A DNA stretch of 64,000 nucleotides from Mobula hypostoma (taxonomy: Eukaryota), in assembly GCF_963921235.1 (NCBI RefSeq), contig NC_086097.1, positions 79,610,001 to 79,674,000 of the forward strand, given 5' to 3'. Positions 12,326 to 25,059 of this stretch are shown here, in pieces (positions within the stretch are counted from its first letter, which is position 1; each line of letters begins with the position of its first letter). Under the pieces are notes generated by a model, which saw only the letters and a program-made list of their open reading frames with translations, ran no database searches and had not been told where the DNA came from. A program made the position numbers and the translations under genes.

Positions 12326-13262
12326 ATGCCAGGCAGGATGTTGGAATGCTCCTCTTGCAGGATGTGGGAAGTCAGGGAGCCCTCTGGTGTCCCTGACAAC
12401 GACACCTGCAGGAAGTGCATCCAGCTGCAGCTCCTGACAAACGGCGTTAGGGAACTGGAGCAGGAGCTGGATGACCTGTGGATCATTCGGGAGAATGAGG
12501 AGATTATAGATAGTAGCTACAGGGAGGTAGTTACGCCAAAGGAGCAGAGGACGGGAAATTGGGTCACTGTCAGGCGAGGGAAGAGGAAAGGGCAGGCAGA
12601 GCAGGGTTCCCCTGTGGCCATTCCCCTCAACAACAAGTATACCGCATTGGATACTGTTGGGGGGGGATGACTTACCTGGGACTAGCTGCAGTAGCCGGAT
12701 CTCTGGCACTGAGTCTGGCTCTGCAGTGCAGAAGGGAGGGGGGGAAAAAGAGGAGAGCGGTAGTGATAGGGGACTCTATAGTTAGAGGTGCAGATAGAAG
12801 GTTCTGTGGTCGTGACAGAGAATCCAGGATGGTTTGTTGCCTCCCAGGTGCCAGGGTCAAGGATGTCTCTGATTGATTGCATGACATTCTGAAGTGGGAG
12901 GGTGACCAGCCAGATGTCGTGGTGCACATCGGTACCAATGACATAGCAAGGAAGAATGAAGAGGTCCTGGACAGTGAGTATAGAGAGCTTGGTAGGAAGT
13001 TGAAAAGCAGGACCTCGAGGGTGGTAACCTCAGGATTGCTACCTGTGCTATATGCAGTGAGGGTAGGAATAGGATGCTCTGGAGGATGAACAAGTGGCTG
13101 AGGAACTGGTGTAGGGGGCAGGGTTTCAGATTTCAGGATCATTGGGACCTCTTCTGGGGCAGGTGGGACCTGTACAAGAGAGACGGGTTACACTTGAACC
13201 ACAGGGGGACCAATATCCTTTCAGGGAAGTTTGTTAGTGCTATTGGGGAGGCTTTAAACTAG
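12326..13262 (+). pseudogene. CR1 ORF1 (CxxC...CxxC zinc finger, coiled coil, SGNH esterase), disrupted
   Basis: CSSC...CRKC, VVIGDSIVRG, VVVHIGTND and DGLHLN spread over several frames; frameshift in the G-run near 12660 and a stop near 12875. Confidence 0.9.
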
Positions 13263-13264
13263 AT

Positions 13265-16170
13265 TTGCAGGGGGATGGGAACCAGAGTGCCAGAGCTGAC
13301 AGTGTGGCTGGGGTGAAAATAAATGTAATTGAAAGTTTAAGCAAATCCGCTGATAGAAAGGTTGTGAGTGGTGGTAAAAATCTTCTGAGGTGTATATATT
13401 TCAATGCTAGGAGTATTGCGGGGAAGGCAGATGAGTTGAGGGTGTGGATTGACACGTGGAATTATGATGTTGTAGCAATTAGTGAAACTTGGCTACAGGA
13501 GGGGCAGGACTGGCAGCTTAATATTCCAGGGTTCCGATGTTTCACATGTGATCGAGGCAGAGGAATGAAAGGTGGGGGAGTAGCAGTGCTTGTTAGGGAA
13601 AATATTACAGCAGTGCTCAGGCAGGACAGATTAGAGGGCTTGTCTACTGAGTCCTTATGGATGGAGCTGCGAAACAGGAAAGGTATGGCCACATTCGTGG
13701 GATTGTATTACAGACCACCCAATAGTCAACGAGACTTGGAAGAGCAAATCTGCAGAGAGATAGCAGGCAACTGCAGGAAACATAAAGTTGTGGTGGTAGG
13801 GGATTTTAATTTTCCATACATTGATTGGGACTCCCATACTGATAGGGGTCCAGATGGTTTAGAGTTTGTAAAATGTGTTCAGGAAAGTTTTCTAAATCAG
13901 TAAATAGAGGGACCAACTGGAGGCAATATTGGATCTCCTGTTAGGAAACGAATTAGGGCAAGTGACAGAAGTCTGTGTAGTGGAGCACTTTGGTTCCAGT
14001 GATCATAACACCATTAGTTTCAATTTGATCATGGACAAGGATAGATCTGGTCCCAGGGTTGAGGTTCTGAACTGGAAGAAGGCCAAATTTGAAGAAGTGA
14101 GAAAGGATCTAAAAAGCGTGGATTGGGACAGGTTGTTCTCTGACAAAGATGTGATTGGTAGGTGGGAAGCCTTCAAAGGGGAAATTTTGAGAGTGCAGAG
14201 TTTGTATGTTCCTGTCAGGATTAAAGGCAAATTGAATAGGAATAAGGAACCTTGGTTCTCAAGGGATATTGCAACTCTGATAAAGAAGAAGAGGGAGTTG
14301 TATGAAATGTATAGGAAACAGGGGGTAAATCAGGTGCTTGAGGAGTATAAGAAGTGCAAGAAAATACTTAAGAAAGAAATCAGGAGGGCAAAAGGAAGAC
14401 ATGAGGTTGCCTTGGCAGTCAAAGTGAAGGATAATCCAAAGAGCTTTTACAAGTATATTAAGAGCAAAAGGATTGTAAGGGATAAAATTCGTCCCCTTGA
14501 AGATCAGAGTGGTCGGCTTTGTGCGGAACCAAAGGAAATGGGGGAGATCTTAAATAGGTTTTTTGCGTTTGTATTTACTAAGGAAGCTGGCATGAAATCT
14601 ATGGAATTGAGGGAATCAAGTAGTGAGACCATGGAAACTGTACAGATTGAAAAGGAGGAGGTGCTTGCTGTCTTGATGAAAATTAAAGTGGATAAATCCC
14701 TGGGACCTGACAGAGTGTTCCCTCGGACCTTGAAGGAGACTAGTGTTGAAATTGCAGGGGCCCTGGCAGAAATATTTAAAATGTCGCTGTCTACGGGTGA
14801 AGTGCCGGAGGATTGGAGAGTGGCTCATGTTGTTCCGCTGTTTAAAAATGGATCAAAAAGTAATCTGGGAAATTATAGGCCGGTGAGTTTAACGTCAGTA
14901 GTAGGTAAGTTATTGGAGGGAGTACTAAGAGACAGAATCTACAAGCATTTGGATAGACAGGGGCTTATTAGGGAGAGTCAACATGGCTTTGTGCGTGGTA
15001 GGTCATGTTTGACCAATCTGTTGGAGTTTTTCGAGGAGGTTACCAGGAAAGTGGATGAAGGGAAGGCAGTGGATATTGTCTACGTGGACTTCAGTAAGGC
15101 CTTTGACAAGGTCCCGCATGGGAGGTTAGTTAGGAAAATTCAGTCGCTAGGTATACATGGAGAGGTGGTAAATTGGATTAGACATTGGCTCGATGGAAGA
15201 AGTCAGAGAGTAGTGGTGGAGAATTGCTTCTCTGAGTGGAGGCCTGTGACTAGTGGTGTGCCACAGGGATCAGTGCTGGGTCCATTGCTATTTGTCATCT
15301 ATGTCAATGATCTGGATGATAATGTGGTAAATTGGATCAGCAAGTTTGCTGATGATACAAAGATTGGAGGTGTAGTAGACAGTGAGGAAGGTTTTTAGAG
15401 CCTGCAGAGGGACTTGGTCCAGCTGGAAAAATGGGCTGAAAAATGGCAGATGGAGTTTAATACTGACATGTGTGAGGTATTGCACGTTGGAAGGACAAAC
15501 CAACGTAGAACATACAGGGTTAATGGTAAGGCACTGAGGAGTGCAGTGGAACAGAGGGATCTGGGAATACAGATACAAAATTCCCTAAAAGTGGCGTCAC
15601 AGGTAGATAGGGTCGTAAAGAGAGCTTTTGGTACATTGGCCTTTATTAATCAAAGTATTGAGTATAAGAGCTGGAATGTTATGATGAGTTTGTATAAGGC
15701 ATTGATGAGGCCGAATCTGGAGTATTGTGTTCAGTTTTGGTCACCAAATTACAGGAAGGATATAAATAAGGTTGAAAGAGTGCAGAGAAGGTTTACAAGG
15801 ATGTTGCTGGGACTTGAGAAACTCAGTTCCAGAGAAAGGTTGAATAGGTTGGGACTTTATTCCCTGGAGTGTAGAAGAATGAGGGGAGATTTGATAGAGG
15901 TATATAAAATTATGATGGGTATAGATAGAGTGAATGCAAGCAGGCTTTTTCCACTGAGGCAAGGGGAGAAAATAACCAGAGGACATGGGTTAAGGGTGAG
16001 GGGGGAAAAGTTTAAAGGGAACATTAAGGGGGGGCTTCTTCACACAGAGAGTGGTGGGAGTATGGAATGCGCTGCCAGACAAGGTGGTAAATGTGGGTTC
16101 TTTTTTAACATTTAAGAATAAATTGGACAGATACATGGATGGGAGGTGTATGGAGGGATATGGTCCGTGT
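13265..16170 (+). pseudogene. CR1 ORF2 (APE endonuclease + reverse transcriptase), disrupted
   Basis: [40 protein letters not shown] and FADD; in-frame stops at ~13901 and ~15396 plus frameshifts. Confidence 0.95.
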
Positions 16171-16260
16171 GCAGGTCAGTGGGACTAGGCAGAAAATGCT
16201 TCGGCACAGCCAAGAAGGGCCAAAGGGCCTGTTTCTGTGCTGTAGTTTCTATGGTTTCTA

Positions 16261-16500
16261 TGGTGTTTCCATACCAGGCTGTAAAGCAGCCTATCAATAT
16301 ACTCTCCACTACACAACAATAGAAGTTTGTCAAAGTTTCAGGTGACGTGCTGAATTTACACAAACTTTAACAAAGTAGATGTGCTGTGATGCCTCTCTGT
16401 GATGGCACTTGCGTGCTGGTCCCAGATATGATATATCCGAGGAATTTAAAATTACTGACCCTCTCCACTTTCAATCCCCTAATGAGGAATGGCTTCTTCC
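16261..16500 (-). mobile_element. Rex1/Babar continuation on the other side of the CR1 insertion
   Basis: TLTNFYCCVVESILIGCFTAWYGN; joins 12122, as judged from the uninterrupted junction at 6375-6410. Confidence 0.8.
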
Positions 16501-17714
16501 TTCTGTCGACCTATCAGATCAGATTTTAATCATGATTTCAAAGCTCAGCCAGCACAAGTGCAAATGGCTGGTTAAAAAATCTTCATCTCTGCAGGCACAG
16601 GCAAAAAATAAAATTAAAATGTCAAATCTTTAAGGTATGATGACCTTGATAAACTTCAGAGCAAACAGGGTACAGTCCTCACATGCTCCTGACCAATTTC
16701 CAGATGGTAGCTAGGAAAGATGTCATGACTGCTCTATCTAACAAATAAGCGTTCTGGAAATGAAATGGAAGTGGTAGTGTGGCTAGGTAAGAAATGGAGA
16801 GAAGTGGAGAATCTAATCAGTGCTTAAAGTAACAGGTGTGGAGATTCCACAGTACATGGTTACCACTCAACAAAGTGAAATCCAAGTTTGTCAAAGTTGA
16901 AGACGTAATTCTTCATTTTACATTAAACTGTGAAATACAGAACTTACACAACTCCCAGAAGAAAAGGGTAGTAACTACCTAAACCTCATGGTTGTACTAG
17001 AGTCTCCAGGATGGGCTGAAAGAAACATCTGCCCTGGTGAATGGAGTTTTTGAGTCATCTGTATTGTAACATGAGATTACAGAGAAGCATTAATGCAATG
17101 CAAGGATAGATGGTCCTGCTGCAGGAAGTATATCTGAAAGTTATTTGTCCTTCACATTCTAGCAAAAGCATTTTGTACATGGTGTACTGCGTAGCTAGTA
17201 GTACAGTTTTTAATGTTGCTTTTGATATAACTCTTCTTGTTGTTTCACTAATGTGTCCCAAATCTCTCTGCATTATCTTAGTTGTTGCTGAGGTATAGTC
17301 AAAGCTCTCTGTCCAAAGAATAGCTGAGAACTACATTAATTTGAGTCTGTGTACAGACAATTGTCTTACGATTGATTAAGTAGTTCCATATTAGAACACA
17401 TACCTTGTACTGGAAAGTGCAGCCAATAACAGTAACAGAAATTCTAGAAATTCTACGGACATATTTTGGCCAATCTTAAATCCATTAAATCAATCAGTTA
17501 TGAACAATCTCCACAAATGGAAAACCTACTACAAAACTCAAATGTGCTCTAAGAGTTATCACATCTTGGTGAGGGAGCAGGAAAGCCATTTCCTTTCCAG
17601 GGCTGACTTAAAGTGGGTGCATTTGAAGACAACATGCATGAAAGTCATGGATGTCTTACCAAAAAAAAAATCTTCTCAATATCAAAACGGTTACTTACTT
17701 TAAAGCAGAGTCTG

Positions 17715-17846
17715 AAAGCATCTACAGATGCTGGAATTCTGAAATGAAACCAATGAAGGATTTTAACCTGGACTTTTAACTATTTCTCTTTCCCTAGATG
17801 TTGCCTGACCTGCTGAGTGTTTTCAACACTTTCTGTTTTTATTTCA
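17715..17846. mobile_element. Old Penelope-terminus-derived fold-back fragment
   Basis: CAGATGCTGGAATTC followed by TAGATGTTGCCTGACCTGCTGAGTG, which are the two opposite orientations of the pLTR. Confidence 0.6.
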
Positions 17847-18756
17847 AAGCATATTTTGCAGCATCCAACCAGAATTTAGCTGCTACACTGTTCAAGTAAA
17901 AGGACCTTGAGTGGAGGTATAAAAAGTGTCACAAGCTTAAACAGAACAATAATATGATTTGGGATATAATTCGTGTTTGGAGGATGAAATTCAGTTGCAA
18001 GCTGGATACTCGTAAGTTAGTTTAGCATGCCTATTAGCACATTTTTAATACAATCATTGCATTAATGTATCACTTCTAGATTGCTGACTAATTGAGTGTC
18101 TGTGATGATTGAGTACATGAACCAAATCACATTCTACTATTTAAAGGGTCATTACAAGCAATGACTTGTCATGGATTCCAGAGCTGGTACGAGATGAAGG
18201 GAAGTGACTATGTACTGCTAAATCAAAATTTTACATAGCTTTGGTGAAAGATTGGTGATGTCATGCTAGAGATGACACAGGCATACAGTATCTAGAGATA
18301 AACTGATAATCTAGTTTCTTATTAAGAGGATACAGCCTGTTGTGGCTGGTGGTTGCCACACAAAGTAGTAGCACTGTACCACTGCATTCAGTACCTGAGG
18401 TGGTGTAATGACCTCAAAAGATCAGGAATAATGAGTAAACACAGATATTCATCTATATGTCGATGTGTGTTTTACCAGAAGGTCCTCAATCTGCCTTCTC
18501 TAGGACATGACATCTCATACCAACTCATTTTGTAGGTATATTTCATCCTTCTCAATACAGTATAAAAATAGACATGCACTTCCATCTGTTCAGTACCAAC
18601 TTTATGAATATAGCTTTCCTTTAGTTATAGCAGCAAATGCTCTTTATCCATTCTTTTGTGTTAAGTATACCCTCATTCATAGGCCTTCTCTTTTTCTGTG
18701 GACATAAAGAGCAGAATACTCCAGCGACAATAATAAAGTCACTCACTAAGAATGTA

Positions 18757-19668
18757 CAGTGGCATGCAAAAGTCCGGGCACCCCGGTCAAAATTTCTGTT
18801 ACTGCAGCCAAAAAGTTCTATTTTAACTTCATCAGTCCACAGGACTTGTTTCAAAAATGCATCAGGCTTGTTTAGATGTTCATTTGAACCTTTTGAATAG
18901 AACTTCTTGGCCGCAATGAACAAAGGTATGCTTGGAGAAAAAAGGGTGCAGAATTTCATGAAAAAAACCCCTCTCTAACTGTTAAGCATGGGGGTGGATT
19001 GATCATGCTTTGGGCTTGTGTTGCAGCCAGTGGTACTGGAAACATTTACTGGCAGAGAGAAGAATGAATTCAATTAAATACCAGCAAATTCTGGAAGCAA
19101 ACATCACATTGTCTGTAAAAAAGCCGAAGATGAAAAGAGTATGGCTTCTACAACAGGATAATGAACCTAAACACATCTCAAAATCCACAATGGACTACCC
19201 CAAGAGGCGCAAGCTGAAGGTTTTGCCATGACCCTCACAGACCCCTGACCTAAACATCATTGAGAATCTGTGGATAGACCTCAAAAGAGCAGTGCATGCA
19301 AGATGGTCCAAGAATCTCACAGAACTAGAAGCCTTTTGCAAGGAAGAATGGGCGAAAATCCCCCAAACAAGAATTGAAAGACTCTTAGCTGGCTACAAAA
19401 AGCATTTACAAGCTGTGATACTTGCCAAGGGGGGTGTTACTAAGTACTGCCATGCAGGGTGCCCAAACTTTTGCTTCAGGCCCTTTTCCTTTTCTGTTAT
19501 TTTGAAACTGTAAAGGATGGAAATAAAAAAGTTTCCTTGCTTAAAATATTAAAGAAATGTGTCATCTTTAACTTTATGCCTTTTGAAAATCAGTTCATCT
19601 TTTACTTGCTTAGCTATTCACAGTAACAGAAGTTTTGACCGGGGTGCCCAAACTTTTGCATGCCACTG
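18757..19668 (+). mobile_element. Internally deleted and partly inverted Tc1 transposon
   Basis: TA-flanked TIRs CAGTGGCATGCAAAAGT...ACTTTTGCATGCCACTG; body matches 40810-41571; 18804-18880 is the reverse complement of ~40750-40829. Confidence 0.92.
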
Positions 19669-20999
19669 TACATTACAGGACTTATGCAAGGCATGAGCTA
19701 GCTCAGATAATTGGTTTCAGTACAACTTGTAAGAAAGCTGGTTGTATTTTCACCTTCTGGCACACATGTCATAAGTGAGCAAAAGCAGATGGTGGAAACA
19801 AGGAAAGCAGTAGCAATCTCATATTTCCGAAAACAAAACCATCCAAATAATGCTCAGATGAATATAGATGTTGCATCCTCAGAGCACTCTTAATGAACAG
19901 GATAATTCTGAAGCAGTTGTAAAAATTGTGATGACCAGTGTCCCAAATGTACTGCATACACATGCGGAGACTTAGGCGAGTCTTGACTGTGAATATTTTG
20001 ATGTCACAATTCCTTACATTGTCATCAATGCAAAGATTGACTAAATGCATGAAATACCACATGCAGCAATCAAAAACTGCTTGCAGAACTTGACTGAGGG
20101 CTTGTAGATTATAAATGTCACTTTAAATAAGTACACAGAAACTTTGCCTTGACTATCACTTCATTAGTGTTGCATGAGAGGGATTTATGGAGAGCAAGTA
20201 TGTGAAATGGATTATTGCTCAGCACGCTTATTTTTCTTATTCAATATAGCTAGATCAGTCAATGTCCCAATGGTTGATGCTGTATCTCACAGGCTCTAAA
20301 CTGCCAGAGAACACAGAGCAGAGCATCTCTGTATTAAGGCAATCATGTAAGTGGTTTGGCTCCAATCTGTGGGATATGTAGAGGTTGTATAACATACAAG
20401 GAAGAGAGGAAATAAATATTGTTAGTTGTATATTTGTACGCACCTAGCTGTTTCAAATATTGTTGTTTAATGTGTAAAGATCTGGTTATATTTTAATCCT
20501 ACATACACCACCATTTCATCTTGCAGTTTTGGCTACCATCTGGCAAATGGCTTTTCATTTGTGTATCAAGATATTAATGTCAGACAGTGAGCAATGGGAG
20601 CTGTGAAAAGTTGTTTACAAGACTGACTTCAGAATGGAAGGGAAAGTTCCAATTTTGCTTTTGGACATCAAAAGGATATATTGTTCAAGTCCAAGTGAAG
20701 CTCACAAAGGTGAGGGGTTCCTGGCCAGAAATGTGTGCTATTATTATTGCAATTGTTTCATCATATTCTTCTTCTTCATTATAGTCACTGTCTATAGTGT
20801 TTATTTATGACACACAAAGTGCTTACTGCAGATTCAACTCACATTGCCACAGTGAGTTAAGGAGGCCAATCTCATTCTGGAGACCATGGCTGGTACATAT
20901 TGAATTGCATATCAGATACCCCAACATCATTTTAAGTATCTGATATGCATTTTCAGCATACCGATGACTTACTCAGTTACACATCTCATTGTGTGCTTT

Positions 21000-21155
21000 C
21001 AACAGGAATTCTGCAGATGCTGGAAATTCAAACAACACACATCAAAGTTGCTGGTGAACGCAGCAGGCCAGGCAGCATCTCTAGGAAGAGGTACAGTCGA
21101 CGTTTTAGGCCGAGACCCTTCGTCCTGCTGCGTTCACCAGCAACTTTGATGTGTG
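21000..21155 (-). mobile_element. Mini Penelope pLTR insertion with a fold-back end
   Basis: Matches 55995-56115; 33-bp perfect inverted repeat; 14-bp TSD TCATTGTGTGCTTT at 20986-20999 and 21156-21169. Confidence 0.9.
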
Positions 21156-21934
21156 TCATTGTGTGCTTTTATTGTTTTGCTTCCCAATGGTCACAAGTTA
21201 AGGTGCATCACTTGTTTCCAGCACTCAGTCAGCAAGTCAACTCTCTGATTAGGGTAGTGAACTGCCACAGGTCGAAGGTGTAATTTTTAAAAAGACAGAT
21301 GTGTCCTTTTCAATGAGAGGGCAGTAAAACCTATTACAGAGCTATGGTTTCAGGATAATCAAGATTGGGAACTCACTATTCCAGGTTATTCAAAATTCCA
21401 AAAGACTGTCAAAAAAGGAAAAGAACTGGGGTAGCTTTGTTAATGCAGCAAAGGGTATTGTGTTTGAATTTTCAGAAGGAATTTAATAAAGTGAAACATA
21501 AAATACTGGTACACAAGATAAAAGCTGATGGCATTGAGGGAAGTGTTTCAGGAAGGACTGTAGATTGATTATGAATGGAATATGTTTTTTATCAGGCTGA
21601 AAAAATAAATCTAGTGGAGCGTCCCAAGGATGTGGATAGAATCAAATACTTTGTGTCAGCACAGAAGATTTAAAATGTTATCCCATTATAACTGCCAACA
21701 ACTTTTAAAAAGGGTTTTGCATTCAGTTTTGTCAATTAGAAATTAATTTACTCACTAAGGTTAATCTCTTGCTTCATACTTTGCATATAGTTTCCTCAGA
21801 GACTTGTCTATCATTTCAGTGAATTATGGACTCAACTTTGATATAACAGTTGATGTAATATGCAATATTTAATAGTTAAACAAGTACCATAATGATCTCT
21901 CATGGATTAGAAATGGGAAATATATACTATCTTT

Positions 21935-22171
21935 GCATCACTATCAGCAGGAAGGAGAAAGACCTACACTCAACATTTTAGAAACAGCTTCTTCCCCTCT
22001 GCCATCAGATTTCTGAACAGTGAATGAATTCATGAACACTACCTTGCTATTCTTCTTTTGCACTATTTTTTTTGTTGTAACCTATAGTAATTTTTTTATG
22101 TCTTGCATTGTACTGGTGCCACAAAATAATAAATGTCATAATAAGTCAATGATAATATATCTGATTCTGAT
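21935..22171 (+). mobile_element. Rex1/Babar 3' tail
   Basis: AACAGCTTCTTCCCCTCTGCCATCAGATTTCTG (NSFFPSAIRFL) and CTGATTCTGA tail; similar to 59480-59720. Confidence 0.75.
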
Positions 22172-25059
22172 AATTTACTGACTTTTGGGTTGTGATCTTG
22201 CATATCAGAACTTTGATATCTTAGTTACATAGCAAAAATTTGAAAACAAATCTATTACATAACAAAATAGTCATTCTACCCATTATAATATGACGGTAAC
22301 CAAATTGTGGTATACCCATGTAGATTCCAAAGCTATTGTACAATTCCAAAACCTGAGAAATAAAGCTGTATTTTCGAGATATAAAACAATTCCATAATGT
22401 GAATTACTGAAACAATTATTTAACACTTCTCCCCTGTATACAGTAGCCAGTTTTCAGTGACTTGTATACAATCACAGGATGCATGTACCTTAAAGAACCA
22501 TCATCTCATTAGTGACCCAACAGCAGAAGTCCTGAGCATTAACTTCACTCAAAGACAATGGATAGGAGTCAAAAGAATCCATATAGAGTATTGTTAGCAC
22601 GGCCATCAAGTGAATAATTGGATTTTCATTATCAGTCTCTTGGACAGGAATGTATTTCATCAGCTTGGTCACTAAACGTATACCACAGATGACACTTCAT
22701 TTTTCTAATTGACATTATATGAGGCTATCAAAGGTGCAGATAAGTTAGACATCCCATCATAAACACTACCAATTCAATGATGGGAGTAGTATTAGATCCA
22801 CAGGAGTCCTAAATTTAAGGTTCTCTTGCAGTGCATCAAAATTGTTATTAGTCATGGGTCACGTTAGGTCTGACCCTAAGGTCTTCCAACCCAACCCCAA
22901 ACTCAGAATTCTCTTGAGAAGTTATGATTGCATTCAGAGTGAAGCTTAATTCCTAGCCATGTCAGATTCTGGATGCCTGCGGACTTGTGCTCAGCAGTTG
23001 CTTCTTTTTGGAAGGAAAGCAATCTAATACAGGTGGAAGGCCAGTCCAAAAGCAGCAGTGGAGAGGCCAGTCCATTGGTGGTACCTGAGGGATGAGTAGG
23101 GAATTGAAATTGGAAGTAACATGATTAGCAATTGTGGCCTTGGATGATGTTGAGACCCACTGCTTTGCAGGGCTTTTAATGTACATAGATTTTTCTATAT
23201 CCATTCTCATCTCTCAAAAAATTCTTTTAAATCATATTAAATCTCACATTTTACTGTCATTTAATTTTTATTTCTTTTTATTTATGGAGTTTTAATTATT
23301 TATGCATATTTAATTAATTATGCATAGTTTCTCTGATAGTATTGTGGGTCACCTGGCAATGCATACTGAGAAGCCACATACTGGTAGTGCTAAAGATATT
23401 AGGAAACCATTTGAAGTCCTACAATGGAAAACTGGCTCATGGCCATTTTTTCCCGTCACTAAGCCACAATTTACCAGATTCAATATTTAATTGATTTTGT
23501 ATTTTGCACCAATAGGATCTGACCTTGAAATTTAAGTTACTAACTCATTAACTACTATACTGTCTGAATATTTTAAAGTAAAATATGTGTAGTAGTGTTG
23601 CTTAAGGCAAATAATTTGTTGGGAGTATGCAGTTTAGTTTGGAGCTTGCCTGTTAAATAATTATTTTCCTTAAAGTACAAGGTATTGAACAATCTCAGCA
23701 TACCATTTCCAAATGTTCTGCATATTTTAATCAAGATGATTACCTCATCTCTATAAGTAAAACATTTTGCTGCACTGGTGTAGATGTGCTACAAAATAAA
23801 AGATTGTTCAATGTAAACTTTGTGATAAATTTGTTGAAGGAAACAGGTTGAATTTGGTAAGCTGTGAAGTTAGTTGTTATTGGTCATGAAAACGTTGACA
23901 CATCTAAAATACTTCAATTTATAGGAGATAATATACCAGATTCTTTCAAAACAAATTTTGCAAAACCTCTGGTTTTGACTAAAATATTTAGATAGCAACT
24001 TACACACAAGTGCAACAAAACTTTCATTGGATTTACTAAACTTTTAAGAGATATCTATTGAATATGAATTAACTGTGTATAACCTCTTTAATATGAACAG
24101 CATGTCAAGATGATTTATTCATTTTGAATGTCACCTTGGATCCAGAACTTCACCATTGCAAGCAGTACAGCAAATGACTGTTAATTAGGAGGCCCAGGTT
24201 TGGATCCTTTCCTTGACTAGGATAAACCCTTTCATTCGCCTTTAATCTTGATATAGGCATTTAAATTTCAACAACAATTTTAAAAGGAACAACATTAAAG
24301 TGAGCAGATACAGGCAAACAATACATGAAAGTGACAAAGAAATTGACTTGAAGATCCAGAGTATAAATCAATGAACTGCATAACAAAACATGGAGGGTTT
24401 TAGCAAAAAGCAGACTATCCATGAAAGGGTATGCTCATATTTTTATTTGCAGCAATTAATTTCAACATGGTGTAATTTGCAGCAGAAAGCAATTGCATCC
24501 AGAAACAATATCAAGCAGCCCTGGAATAATACAAGGCATTGAAATCACAGAAAAAAGTTTTTCTCACCACCTTGACGAGAATAACCTCAAACTAATCTCT
24601 GAAAATCTTCTGTTACAAAGTCTTATTAAATGTGGTTATCGCCTCATAATCATGTTTGTGAATAAATCATGTCACAACTATGTTAATCATTAATCAAACT
24701 CTCAAAGGAAATGAGAAACAAATGGATGGCACAGAAGGTATATTTCAAAGATTAGCTTTATTTGTTACATGTACATCAAAACATACAGTGGAATGTGTTG
24801 TTCTTGTTCACACACTGCCTCTCTTTGACATAGTCCAAAAACACATCGTTGGGTATGATGATGACAGTTAGATGCATCTCACTCAGCACCTTTGACTGTG
24901 TACGATCTGTCATACTTCTCATCAGTTCTGGATTAGCAGATGTTTGTGTTTATTCAGCAACATTAAAAATGTATACCATCATAATATGTAATCTTATGGT
25001 TTGGTATATCTTCACTCGGTCATTACTATCAAACAAAAGGATCAATCCTTTTCAATGAA

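Larger units (their letters stand above)
12124..16262 (+). mobile_element. Apparently full-length CR1 LINE (5' UTR, ORF1, ORF2, 3' UTR, GTTTCTATG tail)
   Basis: GC-rich 5' UTR, ORF1 zinc finger plus esterase, ORF2 APE plus RT, and 3' tail GTTTCTATGGTTTCTATGG; inserted into a Rex1 copy. Confidence 0.95.

Noticed and set aside
17699..17711. 13-nt AG/GTAAGT-bounded minus-strand segment
   Set aside because: Not a multiple of 3, and its acceptor derives from an adjacent Penelope remnant.
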